In this document: in pieces, positions 41,950 through 56,629 of the stretch | Layout of the letters: the number at the start of each line of letters is the position of its first letter | How positions within the stretch are numbered: the stretch's first letter is position 1 | NCBI GenBank assembly: GCA_951406725.2 | Contig: OX597818.1 | Coordinates: forward strand, 66,030,001-66,094,000 | Source of the DNA: Octopus vulgaris | Lineage: Eukaryota | DNA: 64,000 nucleotides | Direction: 5' to 3' | The notes under the pieces: generated by a model | Told to the model about the DNA's origin: nothing | Databases searched by the model: none | Seen by the model: only the letters and a program-made list of their open reading frames with translations | Program-made: the position numbers and the translations under genes

Positions 41950-42161
41950 TTTTACTTTATTACTTGTTTCAGTCATTTGACTGCGGCCATGCTGGAGCAC
42001 CGCCTTTAGTCGAGCAACTCGACCCCGGGACTTATTCTTTTTGTAAGCCCAGTACTTATTCTATCGGTCTCTTTTGCCGAACCGCTAAGTAACGGGGACA
42101 TAAACACACCAGCATCGGTTGTCAAGCAATGCTAGGGGGACAAACACAGACACACAAACAA

Positions 42162-42207
<46 letters not shown>

Positions 42208-42364
42208 GACGGGCTTCTTTCAGTTTCCGTCTACCAAATCCACTCACAAGGCATTGGTCGGCCCGGGGCTATAGCAGAAGACACTTGCCCAGGATGCCAG
42301 ACAGTGGGACTGAACCCGGAACCATGTGGTTGGTTAGCAAGCTACTTACCACACAGCCACTCCT
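41950..42364 (-). mobile_element. SINE family A, full length
   Basis: Reverse complement of 5485-5945 with high similarity. Confidence 0.9.
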
Positions 42365-43139
42365 AATTAATTTTACTTAGGAATTACAATTCTATATATT
42401 TTTCCAGTACTGAATATTCTACTTGTTTGTCCCTATTCGATGGGTGTGTGGTTGCATATAATTTATATAGAAAACCGATTAAGTCAATGTCCTGTATTGT
42501 GCAAAATGATTTACTTGTTACCAAATATATTCAGAAAATTTGAACTTGCTGAATTTATACACGCAGTATATACCCCAATAAAAGTATAAAATACGTTACT
42601 ATGATACAATTCCAGTAAAATATAATAAATGGCTTTTTCGTGCATTCAGATAATCAGATGCACGGGTATTATAGAATTCTGAGGAAATGAGTTAGTCTTA
42701 TGTTTGCATCGTTTCATCTGAAATAAATATTACTTAAGCAATATCGACGAAAAAAAGAAAACGGTTATTCGAGGACAAAGAATAAAGAAATCTATTATTT
42801 TATTTTATAACACTATTGGCCGTGTCATCGTGTCATTACTTTCTTACAATTGTGCTCTGTGACATTTCATATTTCGGTTTTTAGTTCTAGGTCTTTTAGT
42901 TCTTTTAGATTAGAGAGTTTGAGTTACTCACCATGTTTCTTATTCTAGATAATCAATTGCACGGTTAGGTGTGGTGCACAGTACTGATCACTGCTATCGG
43001 CATATTCTCTCGTATTCGGAAAATTCGCCGTGAGACGATACGCCGTTGACGAAAATTCGGCGTATGGACAACGGGGAAGCCTACTATCGCGGCAATTTTT
43101 AAAATAAAAAAAATGTGTGATTAAAGATTTATAAAAGTA

Positions 43140-43523
43140 CTAGCAGCATCGCCCGCCGTTGCTCGGGTTTGTAAGGGAGATAACTATTTGAGCATTTTTA
43201 GAGATGTAAAGTATAATAGCCATCTCAATATGGGTAACCACAAAGGGGGGGGGGTTACTGTAGCTTTTTACGTTCTGAGATTTAATAATAAATTTTTAGA
43301 GGGTTACTTCCCTTATATATGCCAAAAATGCATTAAAAATGGGAAAAATTGATGATAATTTTTTTTAAAGCGTAGACGCGCCCTACTACCCAGAAGGGCA
43401 CGATATGAATCACGATTATAAGATACCCGGTTTGGGTTAAACTGCACCGCAAAATGTGAGAGTAGTTAGGAATCTAAATCGTAGGAGACAGACAGCACAC
43501 AACCTCACTTTTATATATAAAGA
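43140..43523 (-). mobile_element. Non-autonomous Helitron, second copy
   Basis: Reverse complement of 36384-36778 with A|TC ... hairpin ... CTAG|T ends. Confidence 0.85.
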
Positions 43524-44010
43524 TTATACAGATCCCTGTTAAACGTCGAATATTTAAAACAAGCGATGACGTCATTTCCGTATAACAAAATGTCTAACTG
43601 TGCAATTTCCAACAACCATACTCTGTGTACAGATACAAACATCAGTATACAGTCACAGAGTTACTTACCGTGTTATGTTAATATTGCACCTTCTTTATCA
43701 TTTAGGGTCACTATGTTTGCTGTCCGCATAGGCATATACAACTGAGTTTTATGTACTCGGGGAAGTTTGAAATCATAAGTGCTGTTGCATCGAATGTTAT
43801 ACAAAATCGGCTATTGGCTTTTGGTTAAGTGAGCAACTGAAATTTAACACCACATCAGATTTAACCACAAAAGGTGAGTTTGTGTAGCTTCAATTATGGG
43901 GCCGTTATCTTCCCTGTCAGTATATGAACATTCCAAGAAATTTCACGTTTAATTTTAGACATATACGTGCCTCGTTCACAATTAGTGTCTATTGGACATT
44001 TTATTTTTCG

Positions 44011-44054
<44 letters not shown>

Positions 44055-44441
44055 TTGTGTGGTAGATTTGAAAAATTAGAATGTATAAGCACGGGGCATA
44101 TACTGGATTGCATCGTGTATATATAAATAATCTAAGGTGTACTTGCTGAATAAGGTTTCACCTAGCAAATTGTTTTATTTGCTAAAAATGTTTGAAACCA
44201 TTGGTCTAGGAGTTAGATGGTAAATGCTTTTTTTTATTTTTCATTCCCTTCGAAATTGAATCCCTAATAATAGTTTTGAATTTAACTGTCCTCTCTAGCG
44301 TGAAGGTAGTCATATGATGGATACCTCTTACGTGTTTACATGTACGCTGTATTTATATGAATAATATGTAGTTTATTGACTAAACATTTTACACGCTAGG
44401 CCAGTAGTAATGGAAATTTCTAATATTTCCGATTACCCGTT

Positions 44442-44534
<93 letters not shown>

Positions 44535-45734
44535 ATATATTAGCGTATATATGATATATGTGGTAAGAGATGTGTAATGCTTTCGGCCGTTGTCATAGAA
44601 TTCCATGCCTTTGAAAGCAAACACTGAAACCTTCTTGTAGCTCGTCCTGCATATTGATACGCATATTTGCAGCTGAAGATAAGATTCGAACAAGAGAAAA
44701 TATATCGCATTTCTCAAGGACTCGGAGCCTCGCTTTTGCTGGAATCGAACAAGCGACCATGTTGCCTTCAACAGAATAAATTAAACATGCAACTATATAG
44801 TATTTGTCTGGCCTTCATGTGATGTTTTTTTTTTGATGCTTTGTAGAAATGTTGAAGTTTCAAGGTTGTTTCACCATTAATGACATACGGCGTCAAAAAT
44901 GTTTCACAGCAAAACTTTTCTTTCGCAAAAACGTTAACTAAACTAAATATATAAATATATATATATATAAAAGTTCTTTTAAATAGAATTGTAGCGATCT
45001 ATTTAAATTTAATATACTTTCTCCTAATATATTAAAACATTTCGCAATTCGTTCGATTGGTGTATGTAACACCTGCAATAATATATTTGCTAAATAAATA
45101 GGAAAATAATCGAAAAATAAAACGTATAATATTGCATATATTTGTTTTGGTTTTAGATTTTTATGAACGTCGGTTTTAAGGGTTAATTTAAGTTGCAACA
45201 TCAAAAATAGCCAATTCACTTACTGATATATCCGTAAACCTTATATCATTTTTATCTTTCTCTACTATAAATAAGTAAATGTCACTTTCGCTTTATTTAG
45301 CAGTTTTCGTGAAAATATCAAGAAAAGAGAATTTAAAAATGTCCATTTTCAAAGTCTCGCTGCATCAAACTTGATGGAAACTATCAGTCATGATTCCACC
45401 ACCTGGAGCTTTTCTCATTTCCAAGAATATTTCGAATAATGAATTTATTTGCTTGCATAGCACCACGTCAGCTCCAGTCATTCAGTTCCCATTACCGATA
45501 TCTTCTATCAGTTATGTATTTGTGCTCCAATAAACTTATGTGCTTTTAATAATGCTTCTGTTACAGCTGCAAGCCTACTGAAAACTACTTAAATATACAT
45601 ATATTGCTGAAAAGAGTTTTTGCAATGCATGTTATACATCTTAGCTTTATGCGCAATGGTTAAATAAGTGTGTTAAGAATATAATACAGTTCGAAATCCA
45701 ATGAGATCTATATCATACACTGAAAAAGTATATA

Positions 45735-45987
45735 TTACTCTTTTACTCTTTTACTTGTTTCAGTCATTTGACTGCGGCCATGCTGGAGCACCGCCTTTAG
45801 TCGAGCAACTCGACCCCGGGACTTATTCTTTGTAAGCCCAGTACTTATCCTATCGGGGACATAAACACACCAGCATCGGTTGTCAAGCAATGCTAGGGGG
45901 ACAAACACAGATACACAAACACACACACGAATATATATATATATATATATACATATATACGACGGGCTTCTTTCAGTTTCCGTCTAC
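45735..45987 (-). mobile_element. SINE family A, 5'-truncated
   Basis: Matches 41950-42235 with a short internal deletion. Confidence 0.85.
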
Positions 45988-46017
45988 CGATCATATATAG
46001 TAGTAGTAGTAGTAGTG

Positions 46018-46089
<72 letters not shown>

Positions 46090-46134
46090 ACAGGGAAGGA
46101 GGAATTTTGATTATCCCCACGTAGTGAGTTGTAA

Positions 46135-47290
46135 AATATATAAGGAATTAAAAATGGAGAATACACACACTTTACATAGTTTTAATATAATTTTTAATAC
46201 ATCGACCGGTTTCTCGTTCGCTATTCATGATATTAAGTTTTACTTAATTGAATATGTATTTTTATCAGAAGAAATGTTTGTCCATGTTGTGTGTGATGAT
46301 ATTTACGAGTGGCTGACTTCACAAGTTGAAAAAGAAGGGGAGGTAATTGGTTATTGTTATTATTCTTGTTGTGGGCAAGAGTGATAAGTGTTCAGCTTCG
46401 GTTAGAGGATGGGAACTGTTTTTTCTCATTATGTAGAGTGGTTCTCCATCTCAAGGTCATATTCATCTGTCCAATATAGTTTTGTTCACAACTCTAGTAG
46501 GTTATTACATAAATTAGGTTCTCAGATGCTCAAGTGAAACTAGTCTTAATTGTGAACCCTCTCCTTGTTTGAAAAATAAATCTGAGCCTTCAAATAAGTT
46601 GGGGAAGGTTCCACAATTTGGGCGTCCACATTTTTTAACCGTTGGTTTCGTGGTTAATTTGTAAATTTCGCACTTTTTAGCAGTCTCTTTAGCGATTTGT
46701 GTTGCTTTTATCATATGATAAGTTTGTACGTTTTCAGGATGTCATTCATTTTTGGATCTCTAGTTACTAAAGGAAGATTTTGCACAATAGTTTTGAATGC
46801 CTCACTGTTTCTGGGGTTGTGTGTTGATATAAACAGTTATGCTTTGATTGTTGACGTTTTTATCATGACATCTACAAATGGGAGCTGTTCTTTGTTATAT
46901 TCCATTGTGAATTGTATGTTACTATTTATATCATTTAGTGATTGATTTGAAATCCAAACGTTTGTCGATGCCCTTCTTCCAAATGATAAACTTTTTTGGT
47001 GTATATATATGCCCCTCCCCTTACAGAAATCTGAACAGTTACCTCGATTGCCCAAAACAATAAAAATATTAAGGATAACCAATTACTTCCCCTTATTTTT
47101 CAACTTGTGAAGTCAGCCACTCGTAAATATCATCACACACAACACAGACAAAAATTTCTTCTTAAGAACATACATATTCAAATAAGTAATCCTTAATATC
47201 ATGAATAGCGAAAGCGAAACTGGTCGATATGTTAAAAATTATATTAAAACTATGTAAAGTGTGTGTATTTTCCTTTATAAATTTCTCATA
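46135..47290 (-). mobile_element. Penelope-like retroelement 3, decayed and internally deleted, bounded by ~215-bp inverted termini
   Basis: LNDINSNIQFTMEYNKEQLPFVDV (RT), KKCGRPNCGT, ENLIYVITY*SCEQNYIGQ (GIY-YIG); 46135-46355 is inverted relative to 47077-47290. Confidence 0.85.
47196..47230 (+). ncRNA. Minimal hammerhead motif, A3-U8 variant (partner copy 46199-46233 on minus strand)
   Basis: AUAUC AUGAAUA GC GAAA GC GAAA CUGG UC GAUAU; partner has palindromic ACCGGU. Confidence 0.7.
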
Positions 47291-47721
47291 TATATATATA
47301 TATTTGGAGATACACATTTCAAATTCGGGTACAGTATTTCGCCACATTTTTTTATCGGTATTTCGAAAGGAAAATCATTCCACTTTTCACACTTTTTCCT
47401 ACCGGCTGCCGGTGTAGATCTACATATCTTGAAACTTTTGAATCGTCACCACATTGTTCTCTGCATAGTTTACATGACTTTGCTTCTCTGACGTCTGCAT
47501 TGAAGGTATCTATGTTGTGTCGTAGTTTCATTACTCTGTCAATCAGTATCCAGACCAACAGCGAGCGCATAAAATTGCCTCTTTAATATCTGTTGTCTAC
47601 TTGATATAATTCTATAGTTGGTGCATATTTTACAAATGGTAGATGACAGTAACCTGGAAGGAATGGATTACGGTGAGGATAGAACCTGAATCCCTTTCGT
47701 ATCAGCATCACCGAACAATAT

Positions 47722-47941
47722 TTATTTCTTTACTACCAACAAGGGGATAAACAGAGAGGGGACACACAAGGACATACAAACGGATTAAGTCGATTACATC
47801 GACCCAAGTGCATGAATGTTGCTTAATTTCAAAGGATGAAAGGCAAAGTCGACCTCGGCGGAATTTGAACCCAGAACGTAACGGCAGACGAAATACGGCT
47901 ACGTATTTCGTGTGCTAACGTTTCTACCAGCTCGCCGCCTT
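47722..47941 (-). mobile_element. SINE family B, single unit
   Basis: aggcggcgagctgg head, gtcgactttgcctttcatcc core, gtagtaaagaaata end. Confidence 0.8.
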
Positions 47942-48669
47942 TTCACCGAACAATATTTTGAAAGCAAAACTGAGAGCTGACAGAATTTACAACTACCGGC
48001 TTGTTCAATAATACAGTGAGGGGCTTAAATCAGGTCGCTTACAGGAATATTCTTAACAAAAACCCTGTATACTCAGCCCCCAGGATGTGTTTTAACGTGT
48101 GTTTCAGTATCTATAATATGTCCCTCGTAAAGAATTTTCTATGGTTATATACAACAATAACATTTATGTTACTTGAAGAGCTCTATATTCCTATGTTTAA
48201 TTCGTTCAACACAAACCATGATGAAGAGAGACTTGTAAATAGTAATGGTTTCAATATCTCATTTCTGGCTTTTCATGTGATTCCACGGATGCCTGCGAAT
48301 TTTTCAAACATTCACATTATTTGTACTAAAGTTTCATCATTCAAATTCAGATTGAGAAAGAGAAGCGGAGTGAGAAAGAGAAAGAGAGATACAGACGAAG
48401 GGTTGAAAGGAAAGGAAGAGAGTTGAAATCATACAAAAACTACTTTATTTTTTATGAATGGGAGACTATCGCACTCTCCGTTCTATTTCTATACACAAGC
48501 ACATACACATATAATGCGTGTGTATGTGTGTGTGCTTGTATACCTACACACATACATATAGGAATATACAAATGTGTATATGTATATGTGTACGTGTATA
48601 TATATATGTGTACGTGTATATATATATGTGTACGTGTATATATATATGTGTATATATATAATTATATAC

Positions 48670-48713
<44 letters not shown>

Positions 48714-48717
<4 letters not shown>

Positions 48718-48808
48718 CCCTGCTTCCATTTCCTGAGCGCCTATTAATAATAATACTGTAATTGTTCCCTTGTTGTTGTTTTTTTGTTTCCCGTTTGGAT
48801 TAAAATTA
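48714..48808 (+). mobile_element. ~100-nt isolated PLE-type 3' tail in (TA)n
   Basis: Homologous to 29911-30012 with the same start and end points. Confidence 0.6.
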
Positions 48809-50204
48809 TATATATATATATATATATACATAAATGTGTATATATATGGGTGCGTATGTATATATGTATAAAATACGTGCATAGTTAATGCAAGGTGATA
48901 GCCCATTTAGAAATCCGTATAAGCCGAAAAAAACTGAGTTTATTTTCTATAAAGTCCCTTTGTTATTTTCCGAGTTCTAGAACTTTGGAAACTAATTTGT
49001 TTTCTTTCAGTATAAGGTTTCCGTATGATAATGTATGTATTTCAATTTATCTCTTCACAATCAAAAACAATGGGAATTATTGCCAAAAATTCAAAGATTT
49101 CTGTCGCTTCTCTTGCTTTCTTTTGTGTTTCCATACATATTTTAGTTTTTATTTTGCCTTGGAAATAGTGTCACAAAGTGATTTTACGATGTCTAGGAAG
49201 TACGTTTTTAAGTTGGTCAATGCATAATTTCTCTTAGTTATTATTCGCTAGTGTACAGACGCATACATACGCAGATATTTACATGCGAACATACATACAT
49301 ATATGTATATAGAAATACACATATAACACATTCACATTCACACACACACACATGTTAATATTTATACGCCTATACATGGTTATACATACTGTTTGAATTT
49401 TGAGGAGACGATACAAGCATACACGCGGATACACACGTATACATAAATTCTTTTGCCATAAAGAAATGAAAAATAGTTCAAAAATAGCATTGCGAACAAA
49501 ACAGAAATAAAAAATATTTTGCAGTTCGGGTTTCGGTTTGGCTCCAGTAAGAACTACATACAATGCATGACAAGGTCTCCTACTACAAGAGTATTCAATT
49601 CCATATGAGTTTTCTTGAAAATAAACCTTTCAGATTCACTGCGGTATTGCTGGTCGTTGCAAAGAAATATTCCGAGTAACTTTACGTAGCTAGATACATA
49701 TATAACTACATGTATACTTCACAATACTACAGAGTATATTTGCTTGGATAAGAACTCCGTCAGATTTTTACAACTACAGTGTGGTTTTGATATCATTCTC
49801 AATTGCTATTTTGCAACTAATGCATGAATGCTACTCTACTGTATCTGTTTAAGTTTTTACTGGATAGGGACCATTGGAACAAATTTTATCACATGCTGAC
49901 AACAATATAGAAGCAAAACATTTATTGCAACGAAAAACAAGGTTAGGAAAAAATCGAACGTCATCGTAGTAATGAAATTATTATATTAGCTTTCAGGTGC
50001 AAAATGTAAAGCTTATTATCCATAGACACAAAACGGACAGAACTGCGGTGTTTCTACAGCTAACGAGGTAACACACTGGTTTTATGATGTCATCCACCAG
50101 CATTTCGGCTTCGATCTATAGACAAGCTTCACACAGGACGCGTCTGCTACCAGAGTTAATAAATGAAAATATACAAAATGGAAATGTACATTTTTTTATT
50201 CTCT

Positions 50205-50601
50205 TATTCTTTTATTTGTTTCAGTCATTTCACCGCGGTCATGCTGGATCACCCCATTTAGTCGAACAAATCGACCCTAGGCCATATTCTTTGTAAGCCT
50301 AGTACTTATCCTATCGGTCTCTCTTTTGCCGAGCCGTTAAGTTAGAGGACGTAAACACATCATCATCAGTTGTCAAGCAATGGCGGAGGGAATAAACACA
50401 GACATACAAACATACGCGTATATATATGTGTCCTTGTGTGTGTGTGTATTATATATACGATGGGCTTCTTTTAGTTTCCGTCTACCAAATCCACTTATAA
50501 CACTTTCAGTTTCCGTCTACCAAATCCACTCACAAAACGCAGTGGGATTGACCCGGAACATTGTAGTTCATAAGCAAACTACTTCCCACACCGCCACTCC
50601 T
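50205..50601 (-). mobile_element. SINE family A, diverged, with a small internal duplication
   Basis: agtttccgtctaccaaatccact occurs twice; remainder aligns with the 41950 copy. Confidence 0.8.
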
Positions 50602-51231
50602 ATATAAATATTACGTTACCAACCCTGCAGATGTGGCGCGTTATCATTGTCGATTGAAATAATTGGACTTTACAGGTTGTACTTTCGATAACAGTTTGCG
50701 TTGGTGGTAAAAAATTCTGGCGATCGTGAGTTCGATTTCCGAAACGAGTAGCGTGTTGTGTTGTGGAGAGAAACATTTTCTTTCTTTTGACAATTGTATA
50801 GTTGACTCAGCTGCAAGCCTATAACCGAGCGATGGAATAGACTTCTGATGAAGGGACATGGTGGTCTGCTCGCCTCACCAGCTGGGTGGCTTCATTCGAA
50901 AGCTAAAGTTATACAAAGAGCACTCTGACCAGTTATGTATAACAGCATGCGATAGTTGGGTTGATCACGTGATCTCGTGATCTTCCATATAGACACAAAG
51001 AGGTTTTTATATAATCATCAGAGAGCATTTCTGTTAGTAAAGATAATACTTACAGTGTTCAAAAATATAGAGAACATCTTCGTTAAATTTGTTGTGTGGT
51101 TTGTGCCCTGGAACATAGAATTGGAATAAAATGGAGCACACAGTGAGATAGACAGGTGAATGTTCATATTAAGACACTCGGATGAAATAGTATTTGGTTA
51201 AATGTATAATCTTAGTGTATTGTATTAGATG

Positions 51232-51612
51232 TGGAGGCGCAATGGCCCAGTGGTTAGGGCAGCGGGCTCGCGGTCGTAGGATCGCGATTTCGATTCCCAG
51301 ACCGGGCGTTGTGAGTGTTTATTGAGCGAAAACACCTAAAGCTCCACGAGGCTCCGGCAGGGATGGTGGTGACCCCTGCTGTACTCTTTCACCACAACTT
51401 TCTCTCACTCTTAACTCCTGTTTCTGATGTACCTGTATTTCAAAGGGCCTGCCTTGTCACTCTCTGTGTCACGCTGAATATCCCCGAGAACTACGTTAAG
51501 GGTACACGTGTCTGTGGAGTGCTCAGCCACTTACACGTTAATTTCACGAGCAGGCTGTTCCGTTGATTCGGATCAACCGGAACCCTCGTCGTCGTAACCG
51601 ACGGAGTGCTTC
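51232..51612 (+). mobile_element. tRNA-derived SINE family C, full length
   Basis: A box tggcccagtgg, B-box-like atttcgattccc; ends in (cttcca) repeats; related to 29548 and to decayed copies near 5970 and 31875. Confidence 0.85.
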
Positions 51613-53870
51613 CACTTCCACTTCCATTGTATAAGAAGAAAAGAAGAGAACGAATGGCGCTGAGCAAAATGAAAACTTTTCGTGTGACATGCGCGGTCAC
51701 TTCAACATGGAGCTCGATTCTCCAATTCATTTAGCCCTAGACAATGCCTTCCGGAAATTTTGAATATAGCTGAAAATTCATACAACCCACCATTCATATT
51801 CACCGTTGTTAGTTAATACACACTCGACAATGCTCGGGAAACATCGTGTATACATTTGTGTACATAATGAATTAAATATGTGTGTGTGTGTGTGTGTGTG
51901 GAAGTGTGTCCTTGTGCCTGTATTTGCCCTTTCCCCACCGCCACGCAACCGGTATTGGTGTGTTTACGTCCCCGTAAGTCAGCAGTTCTGACAAGGGATT
52001 AATAGACATATTACTCTCGTGAAATTTCTGGTCTTGTGCCAAAATATGAGATGGATATCTATAACATCAATAAGGGGGTGAACTGGCATAATCGCTTGCA
52101 CGCCGGATAATATGTTTAGCGGCCTATCATCCGTCTTTACGTTGTGAGTCGAAATTCCGTGCAAGTCGACTTTGACTTGCACCCTCCCGAGGTTGATAAC
52201 ATAAGTACCAGTAGTTCACTGGTAGGGAGGGTCCATGCGTCGATCCATTACCTCCCCGAATCTGCTGGCCTTGTGACTAAATTTCAAACCAATATTTGAT
52301 CGACCCCGAATGGTTGAAAGGAAAAGTTTGCTTCAATAGAATTCTAACTCAGTAAGCAAGCTAAAGAAACACATCAAAGTAGTTTCTCAGACGCTCTAAC
52401 AATTCTGCCTTATGTTCGCGTTAAATGTATTCTTAATACGAAAAACAAAAACAAACAAAAAAATATTGTGAAAAAATCTATGATTTAAAATTTCACATTT
52501 TCACCTTTGACGTGATCAGTTTTATCTGTTTCTTTCACCTTCAGATATAAAGATTTTAAAAGAATATTCCTAGAAAAATATGTAATGAACAACTTAAATA
52601 AATATGCCTGGAAGCGATTGCCGGTGAAAGAGATTTCATTCTAAGTGTACCCGCCCATAATTTTAAATTTTACTTCACCTGGTCAAAAGAATTGTGATTT
52701 TCCTCTCAACAATCAATGACATTATGCCAGTGGTCTTTTAAAGAGAACAATGAACAGCTTTATTAAAAATAATGTCTTTATACGTTGATCGAAGAAATGA
52801 AATTGCTAAAAGTTTAAACACTTGAATCTTCATAGAAAAAACACTTAAAATATCTGTATCCACAGCAAGTTCTATTTAATTGCGTGTGGACATCCATTAT
52901 TTTATATCACACTGTTTATAATTGCTAAAATAGCTGCATGACTTTTGAGAAAGAGAACTTTTATTGATCATATCCTGAAATTATCACTCTATTGATTTCT
53001 GTATATAATGGTGCATAAAACACTTATTAAATCCGTGATTGTTTCCCAATAAAAAATGCGTTTGACATTTTTATATCTAAAATAAGATTAGAGAGGAAGG
53101 GCGATTGGTTTAATGGCGTTAGATAACCAATGGAAAAATCTCCAGGCCGTGGATACTTTCACAGTTCAGTATTGAATCCAATGTTACCACGCAAAATAGA
53201 TCTTTCTCTGCATGTGAAGATTATAGTACACTCTGCAATCTACGTGCAACATTTATTAGTATCACCAAAGTAAGTACTGTCTCGTGTTCCTGAACTCGCA
53301 AAGCAGGTTACGTGGAGTATGACTGAAACAGATGGTATCTGTCAGCTGAAAGGACGTCAGTCGGTCGCAACATTACTCAACCACACCTTAATGGACGGGA
53401 ATGAAGGGAAGTCACTTACTTCGCTCAAGAATACAATGTATTCTCCTCTCTGGAATTCGAAATGAAGATCTTTTGATCGTGAGCCTTATCAACGCTAACC
53501 ACTTCGCCGTGCGACTTTTTCCACACAAATAATGGATGGCATCAGATTGAGTATGGAAAACTGAATATGTAGGTATAGGGATAATTTTGGGGTAAGTTAT
53601 TCGCTACCCAAGCACATGGTTTAGGTTTCAATCCGACTGCATCGCACATTGGGCGTGTGTCTTCTACAGTAGGTTCGAATTTGACCAAAGTGATTGTGTC
53701 TGCTAGACAGAAACTGTAAGAAATGTGTGAGTATGTGTTTGCGTTCGTCTCCTCCGCTGCTTCATAAACAGTGTGTTGATGTCCACCAAACTAAGCGGAT
53801 CGCTAAAATAATCCATTAGAAATTAAAATGAACAGTTCAGTCAATTCATTCGACTAAACATTCTTCAAGA

Positions 53871-54283
53871 CGGCGATCTGGTAGTAACGTTAGCACGCCG
53901 GGCGAAATGCTCAGCGGTATTTCGTCTGCCGATACGTTCGGAGTTCAAATCCCGCCGAGGTCGACTTTGCCATTCATCGTTTCGGGGTCGATAAATTAAG
54001 TACCAGTTACGCACTGAGATCGATGTAATCGACTTAATACCTATGTATGTCCTTGTTTGTCCCCTCTGTGTTTAGCCCCTTGTGGGTAGTAAAGAAATAG
54101 GTATTTCGTCTACCGCTACGTTCGGAGTTCAAATCCCGCCGAGGTCGACTTTGCCATTCATCGTTTCGGGGTCGATTCATTAAGTACCAGTTACGCACTG
54201 TGGTCGATTAAATCGATTTGATCCCTTTGACTGTCCTTGTTTGTCTCCTCTATGTTTAGTCCCTTGCGGGTAAGAAAGAAATA
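53871..54283 (+). mobile_element. SINE family B with two tandem ~184-bp units
   Basis: ggtatttcgtct at 53916 and 54100; both units share private variants (gttcggagttcaaatcccgcc, gccattcatcgtttc). Confidence 0.85.
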
Positions 54284-56629
54284 ACAAACATTCCTCAAAC
54301 CAGTGTCCCTGGGTGGCTTCAGCCTAATGACCGGTAGAAGAAAAAGACAAAAGATAAATATATCATGTTATAAAAATATTTGAAAATTCGTTAAAATTGG
54401 ATTAGTAAGTACCACTCCTTAATATAAACATAGTAAAGATTGTTTTAAAACAAGTGTTATTCCACCAATTTCACATGGTTTCTACTCTGAGTCTCTCTCT
54501 CTCTTTTTTCTTTTTAATAGCCTTCTCAGCAAAACTTCACATTTCACCGGGGAAAAGTACTATCTGAGATGATATGGACTAAGACCTCCCTTCAAATTTT
54601 CACGGTTTGCTCCTAAATCAAAAAGCAACAGTTTTACTACATAACTCACAAAAGTGTAGGCGTTATTCTGTATCGAATCCTCTTCCCGTGTTTCTTAGAG
54701 ACGATTACCAGTATCTTATTGGGTAGTTATTATATACAGAAAGAATAGTTCTTCAGAAATTTTAATACTGAGAATTATCTATGATTTAATAGAAAAAAAT
54801 ATATTTAAATATGAATTAGAATTACCATTACGAAATCCATAAGGTGCTGCTGCAGCATGGCCGCAATTGAATTACTGAAACAATTGAATGATGAGATATA
54901 ACATCTGGATAAATTATCTGAGATACATGCCCCACATGGAGAAAATTTCGACAATCTATTCGTACAGGGATGTCTGAGCGCAGAAGACGTCTATGCATTT
55001 ATGTATTTATATATATTGCCATGTATATAAATTTCCTAGTTCAGTTATGATTGAAAACAGGATCTGTCTGTCGACGGCGCAGACTTTTTAGATGCCACGT
55101 TTTATCTCTGCAATAAAGCTTCATTTGATATACACTTGCTTTCTTGTCGACCAGTCAGAAACCGAGGACGTTACCAAAGTGGCTTGTCATTAATTTCTCT
55201 TATTTCTTCATGTAAACAAATGTACACGTTGCGTGTAGCCTGCAATGAGTGATCAAACCATAAACCGGTATCAGTCATCAATGCACGGTTTATTGATTCT
55301 AACCTTGCTCCCTGTACGATTTCATTACATACATTTGTTCTCAATGCAAATATCTTCACTTCCCAATCATATTAATATTACATTGTTTTCTGGCCTAAAT
55401 AATGATTATGTTTTGAAAGCCATGTGTTATACGCCTGACGATTAGTGAATTTGTTGCAATGTGTGTAAGGCAATTGTTTTCAAGAGATAAAATACATATC
55501 TCTATTGTGTCATCTTGTTTTCTTTCGTGTGGCTTGTAAACACCTTGTTGCAAAAGTTCTAATGTAATGGCTCGCATGCCTTTGTTCTTCCGTTGGTATG
55601 ATATGTATCTACGAAACATTTTTCAAGTGTATTATTTCCAATAATGACCCGAAGCTTTTTCTAAGTATATTTCTTTATACATTGGTTCTAGTGTGTTGGC
55701 GATAGTTTCATGCATTGTAATACATTATTTGCATCTACCATGTTTATGATCTTCTTGGTTGTATTTATTGTTTATTTTATAAATGCAATTTGTATTACGT
55801 TCGTTATTTTAGGACCTGTTCAATATCGTGAGCTCTCCTGTTTTATGAAGATCAATTTTTATAACATAGGATTTGCGTTTTGATTTTTACAGATGCGACA
55901 ACATATAAGATGCCATTTCCGGCAAAACCGTGCCCGACTACAAGGATGTCTTGCAGATGGTCTCGTCACAAGCTGATACGTACTCCGCTGCGGTTATCAT
56001 AACACTGGTATCGGAATATCTTCAGAAGCAGACTTTTACAAGGTCATGTGTACAATCCTTCAATATCACACATAGGGAATCTTCAGCTTTATTTATTTGA
56101 AACATATTAATACTAATTAATAAGGCTGATGCTATCTTATTGTTATGGTTCAATGAGATTCATGTTTTATTGCTAGTTACATAAAATTTAAAGTATTTTC
56201 TATACCTACCATTTGTGAAGTAGGACCTACAAAGGTGGGATTTAACATTGATTCATTACTTCGGTCCTTTATTCTTTAAATGAACATGTCTGTTATAACA
56301 GGCGAAGTTTCGTGCTCTGCATTATTCTATCGAAATATTTCATATTTCAACATGATGTTCCAAAAGTAGTTATCGTGTTGTAAAAGGTATGGTGTACATG
56401 ATAGCATAGAAGTACTCAGAAATAAGCTAATAGTAGTTACTCCTGAATTTGTGACAAATATAAACACAAGATCGTCTGAATATCGGAAAAGAAAGACCTG
56501 TATCGCGCTGGGTATCAAATGCCAACATCATGGCGGCTGTTAATACTCTGTGGACTCTAGAAAGGCTGTAAGATGTGACATGGGTATAGGCAATAGAAAC
56601 TACGAATTAGTAACCAGCAAGAAGTGAGG

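Noticed and set aside
44433-44771. 112-aa ORF in complex sequence
   Set aside because: No recognisable domain or splice structure; runs into a microsatellite.
55894-56008. Possible host exon (tttttacag|ATGCG...CTG|gtatc)
   Set aside because: Good acceptor, but stops occur in all three frames before the weak donor and no recognisable protein; at most a non-coding exon.
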